This document shows, in pieces, positions 18,520 to 27,724 of a stretch of 64,000 nt of DNA. The DNA is from a virus. The notes beneath the pieces were generated by a model that was given only the letters and a program-made list of their open reading frames with translations, had not been told where the DNA came from and ran no database searches. Position numbers and translations under genes: made by a program. The DNA lies in IMG/VR virus record IMGVR_UViG_3300031456_000001, positions 21,080-85,079 of that record; one strand, written 5' to 3'. How positions within the stretch are numbered: position 1 is the stretch's first letter; the number at the start of each line of letters is the position of its first letter.

Positions 18520-19294
18520 CGTCCCCTGGCATCTCGGCCCACTGTCCATGCTGGACTTCGAAACGACCGGGATCGATACCCGTGAGGCCCGGATCGTCAC
18601 CGGCCATTTCGGCACGGTGCTCGGTCGCGACGGCGGGCGCCGCCCCGCCTCCAGGCCCGTCGACCTGCTCGTCAACCCGGGCGTGCCCATCCCCGTGGGG
18701 GCAACCGAGGTGCACGGCATCACCAACGAGATGGCGCAGGTGAAAGGCGTGGATCCGCGTGATGCGGTCAACACCTACGCCAAGGAGATTTCCCGGTCCC
18801 TCATCGCCCGCATTCCAGTGACCGGCTTCAATATAGCATATGATCTGTCCCTCTTATACTGGGAGTGCCTGCGCTGGGACGTGCCGACGGTGGCGGAGCG
18901 GATGGGCCTGCCTCCCTCGTCGGCGTTCGGGCCGATCATCGACGCCTACGTGCTCGACATGCACGTCGACCAGTGGCGGAAGGGCTCCCGGAAGCTCGAC
19001 GACACCTTCTTGAAAGGTCCGGGGGTGGCCACCCACTACGGGGTGCCGCTCACCGCGGCGCACACCGCCGATGCCGACGCCATGGCTTCGGTGCGGGTGG
19101 CGGTGCGCATCGCCGAGAAGTACCCGGACGAGATCCCCACCGACGCTGTTGTCCTGCACCGGCTGCAGAAACTGTGGCGGGCCGACCAGGCGTCCAGCCT
19201 ACAGCGGTACTTCCGCACCAAGGGCCGCAAGCCAGACGCTTACGTCGATCCATGCTGGCCCCTGTGCACCGACCTCACACATCCGTCCGGTTGA
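18512..19294 (+). CDS. DnaQ-like (DEDDh) 3'-5' exonuclease
   Basis: LDFETTG, VHGIT, GFNIAYD, HTADADA. Confidence 0.92.
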   Translation: MPSVPWHLGPLSMLDFETTGIDTREARIVTGHFGTVLGRDGGRRPASRPVDLLVNPGVPIPVGATEVHGITNEMAQVKGVDPRDAVNTYAKEISRSLIARIPVTGFNIAYDLSLLYWECLRWDVPTVAERMGLPPSSAFGPIIDAYVLDMHVDQWRKGSRKLDDTFLKGPGVATHYGVPLTAAHTADADAMASVRVAVRIAEKYPDEIPTDAVVLHRLQKLWRADQASSLQRYFRTKGRKPDAYVDPCWPLCTDLTHPSG

Positions 19295-19505
19295 CGACCA
19301 TCCATCCCCTCCCACATCGGACCGGACCACACCGACGACCCATCCCGAGACCGGACCTCCCCCGCAGCCGACCGTTACGACGATCCTGGATAGCCCGATC
19401 CCAGCCCATCCGACAAACCCCGTCGACCCGCCTGCGGCACGGTGCACATCGACTTACCAATCCTTCCGCCGCCCGCATCGACTTACCACGGACAGGAGTT
19501 CCACC

Positions 19506-19859
19506 ATGAGCGGACCGAAGCCGGTCAAGCTGCTCGCCAAACTGCCGAAAGAGTCCAGGCTCAACGGCCTGGAGTCGGTACACGACCAGCTGGCCAGGTT
19601 CGGCACGGCGACGATCGTCATGACCGTGTCGACGAAGCTGGTCGAGCGGCACGCGGGCGACGTCCTGCAGCCGGTCATGCAGATCGAGCACGTCGAGGGC
19701 CTGCCGGCCGGCGCGCTCGCCAAGGCGGGCGAGCAGCTGATGACGCAGGCCCGCATCGCCCGCCTCGGCGGCGAGGAGGAGGCCCTGCCGCCGGAAGTCG
19801 TCGACTTCGGCCAGCCGGATGACGACAACGACGATCCTGAGCCATACCAGGTTGATTGA
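19506..19859 (+). CDS. Hypothetical protein
   Basis: AGGAG RBS; stop TGA lies inside the next TTGACA. Confidence 0.7.
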   Translation: MSGPKPVKLLAKLPKESRLNGLESVHDQLARFGTATIVMTVSTKLVERHAGDVLQPVMQIEHVEGLPAGALAKAGEQLMTQARIARLGGEEEALPPEVVDFGQPDDDNDDPEPYQVD

Positions 19860-19884
19860 CACGCTGCGTGACATCTGATGTGAT
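19856..19884 (+). promoter_or_regulatory. Repeated promoter/operator cassette
   Basis: TTGACACGCTGCGTGACATCTGA-TGTGAT. Confidence 0.65.
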
Positions 19885-20014
19885 GTCCGCCGACGGACCG
19901 GACCGTAACGGCAGCGCCCCCTACCCGACGACCCCGCACGCAACCGTCCCACCTGGACCAGAACGACGCACCATAACGCGCCATTCCCGGCCTCAAACGA
20001 CGAACCAAGCCTGA

Positions 20015-20050
20015 ACCTGCATCACCTGCACCACCTGCACCACCTGCACG
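20015..20050 (+). repeat. Four tandem 9-bp repeats (ACCTGCAYS)
   Basis: ACCTGCATC ACCTGCACC ACCTGCACC ACCTGCACG. Confidence 0.85.
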
Positions 20051-20080
20051 GACTGTAGAGCGAGTGAAGAGGAGCAGCAC

Positions 20081-20611
20081 GTGAACGAGCCCATCACCAC
20101 GGTTGTCGGCAACATCACCGAGGCGCCGGAGCTGCGGTTCACCCCGTCCGGGGTGGCCGTCGCCAAGTTCCGGATCCTGCAGACCCCCCGGCGCAAGAAC
20201 GCCGCGGGCGAGTACGAGGACGGCGATCCGTTCGGCGTCAACGTCACCGTGTGGCGCGAGCTGGCCGAGAACCTCGCGGCCTGCGAACTGCAGAAGGGCG
20301 CCCGGCTGATCGTGTTCGGCCGGCTCAGCATGCGCCAGTACGAAGACAAGGAAGGCAACAAGCGCACCAGCTTCGACATGGACGCCGATGCGGTCGGCCC
20401 CGACCTGCGCTTCGCCACCGTCGTGTTGACGAAGACCAGCAAGGGCGGCGGCGGTGGCGGCGTCGGCCGTGGTGACGAGGAGTGGGCCAGCGCCAGCAAG
20501 ACCCGCCCCGCCGGATCCCCGGCAGCGGCCGCAGCGGCCGGAGCGAACGTCACCGGCGGCGGGGGCACCCCGGCCGGGCAGGCGGCAACCCCGCCGTCCG
20601 ACGGCTGGTGA
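20081..20611 (+). CDS. ssb: Single-stranded DNA-binding protein
   Basis: TVVGNITEAPELRFTPSGVAVAKF...VWRELAEN...GPDLRFAT, typical of actinobacterial SSB. Confidence 0.95.
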   Translation: MNEPITTVVGNITEAPELRFTPSGVAVAKFRILQTPRRKNAAGEYEDGDPFGVNVTVWRELAENLAACELQKGARLIVFGRLSMRQYEDKEGNKRTSFDMDADAVGPDLRFATVVLTKTSKGGGGGGVGRGDEEWASASKTRPAGSPAAAAAAGANVTGGGGTPAGQAATPPSDGW

Positions 20612-20952
20612 TCCGCCACAACCCGCTCGGGCCGCGGTTCCCGGTCATCTGGGGCCGCACGGCCGACATGGGCGACCACCCGGATCGGCTGCACTGTTTC
20701 GCCTGCAGCCATGAACTGCCGGTCCGGGCCGCCGTCCAGTGCGGGGAATGCGCCCACGCCTGGCGGTGGGGGTGGCTGCTCAGCCTGCGTCACGTGTGGC
20801 TCGACGTGCGGCGCGGGCCGCACCTGAACGACGGGTGGGGCACCAGGGCGCCATGGTGGCGGCTCGACCGCTGGGTGGCGCTCCTGCCCTACGTCCACCC
20901 CAGGCGGCCGTCGCACATCTGGACGTGCCCCTGCTGCGCGCACGACCTTTGA
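20608..20952 (+). CDS. Hypothetical Cys-rich protein
   Basis: CFAC, CGECAH, CPCCAHDL; GTGA overlap. Confidence 0.6.
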   Translation: MIRHNPLGPRFPVIWGRTADMGDHPDRLHCFACSHELPVRAAVQCGECAHAWRWGWLLSLRHVWLDVRRGPHLNDGWGTRAPWWRLDRWVALLPYVHPRRPSHIWTCPCCAHDL

Positions 20953-21012
20953 GATCATGGCCCGGGATGCCGTCGGACGCATCCCGGGCCGCTCCGACCG
21001 GCTGGAGGACGC

Positions 21013-22191
21013 ATGACGACCGAGCTGACCACGGGGGCGCTCGTCGGGCAGGTGCGCGCCTCCGAATCCCCGGCCCGGCCGCTCAAGATCTTCATGTGGG
21101 CGGCGAGCATGGTCGACGGGACCTGGATATACCGCCTCGACATGCCGGCTCGGGAGCTGCGCCGGCTCGGCCACGAGGTGCAGATCTCCAGCACGATGAG
21201 CGCCTGGGCCCGCGACGAGGCCGACATCATCGTCGGGCAGCGGGTCTTCCAGGACCTGCCGTCGCGGATGTGGCAGCTGCTCTGCGAGGAGCGGCGGGCG
21301 TCCGGCCGTGGCGGCATGGTGTTCGAACTGGACGACGACCTGATCAACATCGACCCGAAGACCAACCCGCTCGCCCTGCGGTTCCGGCACCCACGGGTCC
21401 AGGAAAACCTGAAGATCAACCTGCGTGCCGCCAACGGGGTCACCGTCTCCACGGAGCCGCTGGCCGCGGTGGTCAGGAAGGTGCGCCGCGGCGATCCGGC
21501 GGAGGTGCACGTCGTGCCCAACGCGGTGCGCGCCGAGACGTTCGCCGTCACGAAGACCGCGGACCGCACCTACCTGACCATGTACGGCTGGCAGGGTTCC
21601 AGCACGCACGGTGCGGACTGGCGGGTGGCCCGTGACGCGGTGGCGTTGGTGCTCGCCGAGGATGCGATCCGGCTGCGGTTCCTCGGCACCGCCCACCTGG
21701 AGGGCCTGCCCCTGACCGCTGTGCAGCGGGGCCGGAGCCGGGTCGACGCCAAGCCGTGGACCACCGACATCGACGAGCACTACCGGCGGGTAGCCGAGTT
21801 CGACGTCAGCCTGGCCCCGCTGGCCAACACGCCGTTCAACCGGAGCAAGAGCGCCCTGCGAGCGCAGGAGAGCCTTGCTCTCGGTGTGCCGGTCGTCGCC
21901 TCCGACGTGCCCTCCTACCGCGGCTGGGTCACCGACGGCGTCACCGGCTTCATCGTGCCCGCCTCGACCGGTAAGTGGGTGCGGGCGATGCGGGCGCTGC
22001 AGGACCCGGCGTTGCGCGCCGAGATGGGCGCTGCGGGCCGGGAGGCCGCGAAAGCCTGGTCGATCGAAGTTCTCGTCCATCGCTGGCTCGACGTCTACTA
22101 CTCGCTGCTGCCCGACTTGTCAGCCCGGCTCAACACGCAACAGACCGACGCGCCTGACCATCCTGTATCCGGGCCGACGGCCCATGCCTGA
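21013..22191 (+). CDS. GT-B glycosyltransferase (GT4-like)
   Basis: YRL, FELDDD, VTVST, VVPNA, DVSLAPL..FNRSKS..ESLALGVPVVASD. Confidence 0.9.
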   Translation: MTTELTTGALVGQVRASESPARPLKIFMWAASMVDGTWIYRLDMPARELRRLGHEVQISSTMSAWARDEADIIVGQRVFQDLPSRMWQLLCEERRASGRGGMVFELDDDLINIDPKTNPLALRFRHPRVQENLKINLRAANGVTVSTEPLAAVVRKVRRGDPAEVHVVPNAVRAETFAVTKTADRTYLTMYGWQGSSTHGADWRVARDAVALVLAEDAIRLRFLGTAHLEGLPLTAVQRGRSRVDAKPWTTDIDEHYRRVAEFDVSLAPLANTPFNRSKSALRAQESLALGVPVVASDVPSYRGWVTDGVTGFIVPASTGKWVRAMRALQDPALRAEMGAAGREAAKAWSIEVLVHRWLDVYYSLLPDLSARLNTQQTDAPDHPVSGPTAHA

Positions 22192-22384
22192 ACGAATATC
22201 GCCACAGCTGTCCCGACCGCCCCCCGTACGACGGCCCACCGCTGGCCGCCGCCACGCCCTCCCCGACCTCTGGCCGACCTTCCTGCACGCGACCATCCCA
22301 CTCGGCTTGCCGACTGACCCGCCCGTGGCTGAGCTGTCCGACAGGCCAGTCCCCCACCATCCACCCCCCACCCCGAGGAGTCCG

Positions 22385-23116
22385 ATGATCGACATTCCGC
22401 GCCTGGCGGTGGTCAGCACGCACAACCGCCCGGCCGAGCTGGCCCGGCTGCTCACCGCGATCACACCGCAGTGCCACAAGGTGTTCGTGGTCGACAACGC
22501 CAGTGACCCGCCGGTGGTGTTCCCGTCGGGCCGGCTGTACGGCCCGGGGATGCCGGACCCGGAGGTGCCGGGCACCTGTCTGATCACGCGGGTCGAGGTG
22601 ATCCGGGACGAGGAGCAGCCGCCGAACCTGAGCAGGCTGTGGAACGTCGGTATCGACGCGGCCCGCGACTACGTGCGCGGCGGCGACTACATCGGCCACG
22701 ACGTGGCGATCCTCAACGACGACGCGGTGCCGCCGCCGGGCTGGTGGGATGCCGTGTCCGGGGCGATGCGCGGCGCCGGCGCGATGGCCGGGTCGTCCAG
22801 CCCGTTCGACACCGCACCGGGCGTGGTTCAGCACTGGGGCTCGGGGATACCGATGTCGGTGGCGACCCGGCTGACCGGTTGGGCGATGCTGCTGCGCGGC
22901 GAGTGGGAGGGCGCCCGGTTCGACGAGCGGCTGCGGTGGTGGTACGGCGAGGATGACCTTTCGTTCCGCGCCCGGCTGGCGGGGGGCATCGTGCACGTCG
23001 GCGGATTCCCGGTGCCGAACACCGGCGCGAACACCAGCACCGTCGGCGTGCTGGCCGAGCAGGCCGGGCGGGACCGGGCGATGTTCGTGCACATCCACGG
23101 ACGGCAGCCGTGGTGA
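22385..23116 (+). CDS. GT-A glycosyltransferase (GT2-like)
   Basis: THNRP, VVDNASD, WNVG, ILNDD, FDERLRWWYGEDD. Confidence 0.88.
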   Translation: MIDIPRLAVVSTHNRPAELARLLTAITPQCHKVFVVDNASDPPVVFPSGRLYGPGMPDPEVPGTCLITRVEVIRDEEQPPNLSRLWNVGIDAARDYVRGGDYIGHDVAILNDDAVPPPGWWDAVSGAMRGAGAMAGSSSPFDTAPGVVQHWGSGIPMSVATRLTGWAMLLRGEWEGARFDERLRWWYGEDDLSFRARLAGGIVHVGGFPVPNTGANTSTVGVLAEQAGRDRAMFVHIHGRQPW

Positions 23117-23442
23117 CCGAGGTGCCGGATCCGGCGGCGCGTAACGTGTTCAGGCTGCTAGCGCTGGACACCGCGGAACGGGGCACCGTCCGCAGCTACC
23201 TGACGGAGCTGCTGTGCGCGCTCTGGCTCTACGAGGCCGACGCCAAGTACGGCGTGACCGGCGAGTCCGACTGGCGGTACGACATCTACGAGCCGATGCA
23301 GCGGGCCGGGCTCATCCCGGCATGGCGCGACGGTTACGGGGTCGGCTATCGGATCGACGACAGTCGACATCCCGAGGATCGGCAGCACGCCGATGCGCTG
23401 ATCTGCGCGGCGATCCGGCACATGACAGGAGAACCCCGGTGA
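23110..23442 (+). CDS. Hypothetical protein
   Basis: 110 aa; coupled on both sides. Confidence 0.65.
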   Translation: MVTEVPDPAARNVFRLLALDTAERGTVRSYLTELLCALWLYEADAKYGVTGESDWRYDIYEPMQRAGLIPAWRDGYGVGYRIDDSRHPEDRQHADALICAAIRHMTGEPR

Positions 23443-24134
23443 ACTACGGTGCACGGCACGATTTTCTGCGCAGCCTGCACGAGCTGCTGCGCCCGGCCAC
23501 CTACCTGGAGATCGGCGTGCAGACCGGCCGGTCCCTGGCCCTGGCCATTCCGCCGACCAAGGCAATTGCCGTCGATCCGGAGCCGCAGATCTCGGTGCCG
23601 ATCACGGTGCCGTACGCGCTGTACCCGATGACCTCCGACAAATATTTCCACGTTGATGAGATCACCGGCATCACTCCATCCGCCCACGGCCCGATCGACC
23701 TGGCGTTCATCGACGGCATGCACCTGTTCGAATACGCCCTGCGCGACTTCATGGGCGTCGAGCGGCACGCCCGGCCCGACGGGCGCACCGTGGCCGTGTT
23801 CGACGACGTGCTGCCCTACTCCCCGGACATCGCCGGGCGCACCCCGCTGCCCGGCGACTGGGCCGGCGACGTGTGGAAGATCGTCAACGCGTTGCAGAGC
23901 ACCCGCGCCGACCTGCGGTTCATCCTGGTCGACGTCGACCCGACCGGCGTGCTCGTGGTGTTGAACCTCGACCCGGCCAGTACCACACTGTCCGCCGTGT
24001 ACGAGCACCTGCACGCCATCTACGCCAACGACCAGGAGCAGCTCCCGGCGCACCAGCTGAACCGCGACTACGCAGCACAGCCCGATCGGGCCCTCGACCT
24101 CATCCGCCAGCACCTGAACATCACGGAGGCATAG
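23439..24134 (+). CDS. Class I SAM-dependent methyltransferase (Methyltransf_24-like)
   Basis: YLEIGVQTGRS, VDP, DLAFIDGMH, FDDV, WAGDVWK. Confidence 0.88.
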   Translation: MNYGARHDFLRSLHELLRPATYLEIGVQTGRSLALAIPPTKAIAVDPEPQISVPITVPYALYPMTSDKYFHVDEITGITPSAHGPIDLAFIDGMHLFEYALRDFMGVERHARPDGRTVAVFDDVLPYSPDIAGRTPLPGDWAGDVWKIVNALQSTRADLRFILVDVDPTGVLVVLNLDPASTTLSAVYEHLHAIYANDQEQLPAHQLNRDYAAQPDRALDLIRQHLNITEA

Positions 24135-24138
24135 AAGC

Positions 24139-24990
24139 ATGCGCATTCTCGTAACCGGTGGTGGTGGCTTTCTCGGTGCCGCCACCGTGCAGGCGGGGGA
24201 GGCGATCGGCCACGAGATGTCGATCTTCGACCGCTCGACGGGGCTCGACATCACCAACCGGAAACTGATCTTCGACGCGTTCGAGGACATCGGGCCGCAC
24301 CGCGTCATCCACCTGGCCGGCGTGCTCGGCACGGCCGAGCTGTTCGACGACCCACACATCGCGGTCGACGTCAACATCCACGGCACGCTCAACGTGTTGG
24401 AGGCGTGCACCGCATTCGGCGCGAGCTACACCGCGATCACCATGCCACCCGTGTTCAACTCCGTCTACACGGCAACCAAGGTGTGTGCCGACCGGCTCGC
24501 CACGGCCTGGCACGAGTCGATGGGCCTGCACACGTCGAAAGTCGTCGCCTACAACGCCTACGGCGCCGGCCAGAAGCACGGCCCCGGCCACCCGCAGAAG
24601 ATCATCCCGACCTTCGCGACGGAGGCGTGGGCCGGACGGCCGATCCCCGTGTGGGGCGACGGTGAGCAGACCGTCGACCTGGTGCACGCCGACGACCTCG
24701 GCCGGATGCTGGTCGCGGCCACCGGGTTCAGCAACGACGAGGTCTTCGACGGCGGCGCCGGCTACGCGCTGACCGTCAACCAGGTCGCCGACTTCGTCAA
24801 CGAGGTCACCGGCAACACCGCGGGCATCGAGTATCTGTCGATGCGCCGCGGTGAGAAGCCGACCCGCATCGTCGCCAAAGGTCGCGGCTGGGACCTGCTC
24901 GGCTGGCGGCCGACGATGGAATGGGACCGGCTGTCCGCGGCGATCGAGGCGTACCGCCCGGCTGACCACGCAGGGGCGGGCGTCTCGTGA
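24139..24990 (+). CDS. NAD-dependent epimerase/dehydratase
   Basis: VTGGGGFLG, HLA, YTATK, WGDGEQTVDLVHADD. Confidence 0.92.
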   Translation: MRILVTGGGGFLGAATVQAGEAIGHEMSIFDRSTGLDITNRKLIFDAFEDIGPHRVIHLAGVLGTAELFDDPHIAVDVNIHGTLNVLEACTAFGASYTAITMPPVFNSVYTATKVCADRLATAWHESMGLHTSKVVAYNAYGAGQKHGPGHPQKIIPTFATEAWAGRPIPVWGDGEQTVDLVHADDLGRMLVAATGFSNDEVFDGGAGYALTVNQVADFVNEVTGNTAGIEYLSMRRGEKPTRIVAKGRGWDLLGWRPTMEWDRLSAAIEAYRPADHAGAGVS

Positions 24991-25733
24991 TCCGTGCGAC
25001 GGTGCTTACGTCCACAATGGACGATTACGACACGCTGAAGCCGGTGCTGGCGCAGGACGGCGCCCAGGTCAACTGGGTGTGCCTCACCGACAGCAAGCAG
25101 CTACTGGCCGAGGCCAAGGAGTGGGGGATCACGTTCGACCGTGGCCCGCACGGCGACCACATGACCGGATTCGCGCACCCGACCGGCTGGCGGATCGTCT
25201 ACTACGCGCGACCCGCCGACGAACACCCCAACCGGGCCGCCAAGAAGCCGAAGGTGGCGCCGCGGATGTTCACCGACGCCCCGTTCTCGGTGTGGCTCGA
25301 CGCCAGCTTCCGCGTGGTCAGCCCCCGGTTCGTCGTCGACACGGTGACCCTGGCCGCCGAGTCGGATTCCGGTGTCGCCCAGTTCAAGCACCCGTGGCGT
25401 GACGACTACCGGGACGAGGCGGACGCCTCGCTGGCGCTGGTGAAGTACACCCACCAGCAGGGCATGATCCGGCGCCAGGCGGACGCCTACGACCACGCGG
25501 GGATGCCCCGGCACTGGGGCCTGTGGGCCACCGGTGTCATCGCCCGGCGGCACAGCGCGCCGGTCGTCGACTGGGGCCACGTCTGGGGCCGGGAAATCCG
25601 CAACCACTCCTACCAGGATCAGATCAGCCACCCGTATGCGTGCTGGCGCAACGGCATCCGGCCGGTCGACCTGCCCGGCGACCACTTCCACAACAACTGG
25701 CTTGCCTACGAAGGAAGTGCCCGTCATGGCTGA
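24987..25733 (+). CDS. DUF616 (TOD1/MUCI70-like) glycosyltransferase-like protein
   Basis: YDTLK, CLTD, SVWLDAS, FKHPWR, DQIS. Confidence 0.75.
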   Translation: MIRATVLTSTMDDYDTLKPVLAQDGAQVNWVCLTDSKQLLAEAKEWGITFDRGPHGDHMTGFAHPTGWRIVYYARPADEHPNRAAKKPKVAPRMFTDAPFSVWLDASFRVVSPRFVVDTVTLAAESDSGVAQFKHPWRDDYRDEADASLALVKYTHQQGMIRRQADAYDHAGMPRHWGLWATGVIARRHSAPVVDWGHVWGREIRNHSYQDQISHPYACWRNGIRPVDLPGDHFHNNWLAYEGSARHG

Positions 25734-26733
25734 GCGCAAAGGAAAGCGGGTGCTCGTCTCCGGCGGTGGCGGTTTCATCGGCTCGCACCTGGTCGACGCC
25801 CTGCTGGCCGCGGGTCACGAGGTGTGGGTGTTCGACAACTGGTCGACCGGCCGCCCGTCCAACCTGGTCGATGCCTACGCTCACAAGCCCGGCGTGCACA
25901 CCCACGTCGGCTCGGTGTCCTGGTGGCACGACGTCAAACAGGCGTTCGGCGAGTCCCTGCCGGAGGTCGTGTTCCACCTGGCCGCGCAGACCGATGTGCG
26001 GATCTCGGTCACCGATCCGGTCCACGACATGGTGACCAACGTCGAGGGCACGCTGAACGTGCTGCGGGCCTGCGACGAGTTCGGGGTGCGCCGCTTCGTG
26101 CTGGCCTCCTCCGCGGCCGTGTACGGCCATCACACCGACCCGGTCGACCTGGGCACCCCGTACGCCCCGATCTCGCCGTACGGGGCGTCCAAGGCCGCCG
26201 CGGAGGGCTATGCGGCCATGTTCGACCGGCTGGCCACCTACCGGGGTGTGCTGACCATCGGCGAGGCGCCGAACTGCACGACGGTGATCATGTCGAACGT
26301 GTACGGCCCGCGGCAGCGGCCCGGCGCCGGCGCGGTCAACATCTTCGCGCGGGCGCTGCTGGCCGGGGAGCCGATGACGCTGTACGGCGACGGTCACAAC
26401 GTGCGCGACTACGTCTATGTCACCGACGCGGTGCGCACGCTGCAGTGGGCGGGGGGCTGCCTGCCGGCTGACTACCGGTCCTGGTGGCCGTCGCGGGTGC
26501 TGTGCGGCACCGGCGTCGGCACCACCGATGCCGATCTGCTGAGCGTGGTGGCCCGGGAGGTGGAGCGTCAGGCCGGCGCGCCGATGTGGGTGGAGGGCCT
26601 GACCGAAGCGAGGCCCACCCGGCCGGAGGACATCCGTTCGATGGTGTTCGCCGGTGAGCGGGTGGGGCGCATCCCGCTGGCCGAGGGCGTGCGGCTGACC
26701 GTCGAGGCGCTGCGGAAGGAGCTGGGGTTGTGA
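25726..26733 (+). CDS. NAD-dependent epimerase (UDP-glucose 4-epimerase-like)
   Basis: VSGGGGFIGSHLVD, HLAAQ, ASSAAVYG, SPYGASK, NVYGPRQ, RDYVYVTD. Confidence 0.92.
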   Translation: MAERKGKRVLVSGGGGFIGSHLVDALLAAGHEVWVFDNWSTGRPSNLVDAYAHKPGVHTHVGSVSWWHDVKQAFGESLPEVVFHLAAQTDVRISVTDPVHDMVTNVEGTLNVLRACDEFGVRRFVLASSAAVYGHHTDPVDLGTPYAPISPYGASKAAAEGYAAMFDRLATYRGVLTIGEAPNCTTVIMSNVYGPRQRPGAGAVNIFARALLAGEPMTLYGDGHNVRDYVYVTDAVRTLQWAGGCLPADYRSWWPSRVLCGTGVGTTDADLLSVVAREVERQAGAPMWVEGLTEARPTRPEDIRSMVFAGERVGRIPLAEGVRLTVEALRKELGL

Positions 26734-27380
26734 TCGACACGTACGGGGTACCGGTGCCGGGCCTACCGACGGTACCGGTCACCGTGGTCACGCCGACGCA
26801 TCCGGCGCGCGGCGCCGCGGAGCTGCCGGGCACACTGCTCGGCCGGGCGGTGGCCAGCGTGCGGGCGCAGATGCTGCAGCCGGCCGGCGGGATCTCGATC
26901 GTCTGCGACCTGAACGGCGACGGCGCGGCGACCACCCGGCAGCGCGCGCTCGACGGGGTCGAGACGGAGTGGGTCAGCTTCCTGGACAGCGACGACTACT
27001 GGTATCCGCAGCACCTGCGGGTGCACTGCGATCTGCTACATGAGCAGGGAGCGGATGTAGCGTATTCCTGGTTTGGGGGCAATCGTCCGTTTCCGGAGTC
27101 GACGCATCGGGGTATTCCGTTCGACCCGGCGCATCCGCACCACATCACGATGACGCTGACGGTGCGCACGAGCCTGGCGAAGGCTGCGGGGTTCGGCGAT
27201 CGGCCCCTCGACCCGGAGTGGGCCGGCGAGGACTGGATCTTCATCCTGCGCCTGTGCGAGCTGGGCGCGCGGTTCGTCGGCACCGGCGAGGAGACCTGGT
27301 TCTACGACGCCGGCCACGGCGGCAACACCTCGGGGCACCCGGGGCGCGGCGACGGCCCGTCGGCGGTGCCGATCCGATGA
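26730..27380 (+). CDS. GT-A glycosyltransferase (GT2-like)
   Basis: VTVVTPT, RAVASV, FLDSDD, EDW. Confidence 0.88.
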   Translation: MIDTYGVPVPGLPTVPVTVVTPTHPARGAAELPGTLLGRAVASVRAQMLQPAGGISIVCDLNGDGAATTRQRALDGVETEWVSFLDSDDYWYPQHLRVHCDLLHEQGADVAYSWFGGNRPFPESTHRGIPFDPAHPHHITMTLTVRTSLAKAAGFGDRPLDPEWAGEDWIFILRLCELGARFVGTGEETWFYDAGHGGNTSGHPGRGDGPSAVPIR

Positions 27381-27724
27381 GCAGGCCCGGCGCCCCCGGC
27401 ACGTGGAACCGCGAGCTGTGGTGCGCGTTCGCCTACGCCGGGTCGCGCCGGTTCGGCCTCATCCCGCCGTACCACAGCCGGGGCTTCCTGGTCACGGCGG
27501 CCGAACCGAACATGCCGTGGGGCCGCTCGACGCACGTCAGCGGCTACCTGTCGCACGCCGTCGGCATGCTCACCCTGGCGTGGCGGGGCGGCCGGTACGC
27601 GGGCGCTGCGGCGCGCTGGCGGTGCGGGGCGCAGACGGTCCACTTCCGCCTGGAAGCGGAACCGTCGGGGCCGCTGTGCCCGCTGTGCATGATCGAACGA
27701 CCGGCAGGACGGAGAGGGCATTGA
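27377..27724 (+). CDS. Hypothetical protein
   Basis: ATGA-coupled; WRCG...CPLC. Confidence 0.55.
   Translation: MSRPGAPGTWNRELWCAFAYAGSRRFGLIPPYHSRGFLVTAAEPNMPWGRSTHVSGYLSHAVGMLTLAWRGGRYAGAAARWRCGAQTVHFRLEAEPSGPLCPLCMIERPAGRRGH

Noticed and set aside
20015-20050. Possible CRISPR array, here or in the dispersed cassette repeats
   Set aside because: No regularly spaced repeat-spacer structure and no cas operon; the PD-(D/E)XK nuclease is in a recombination context
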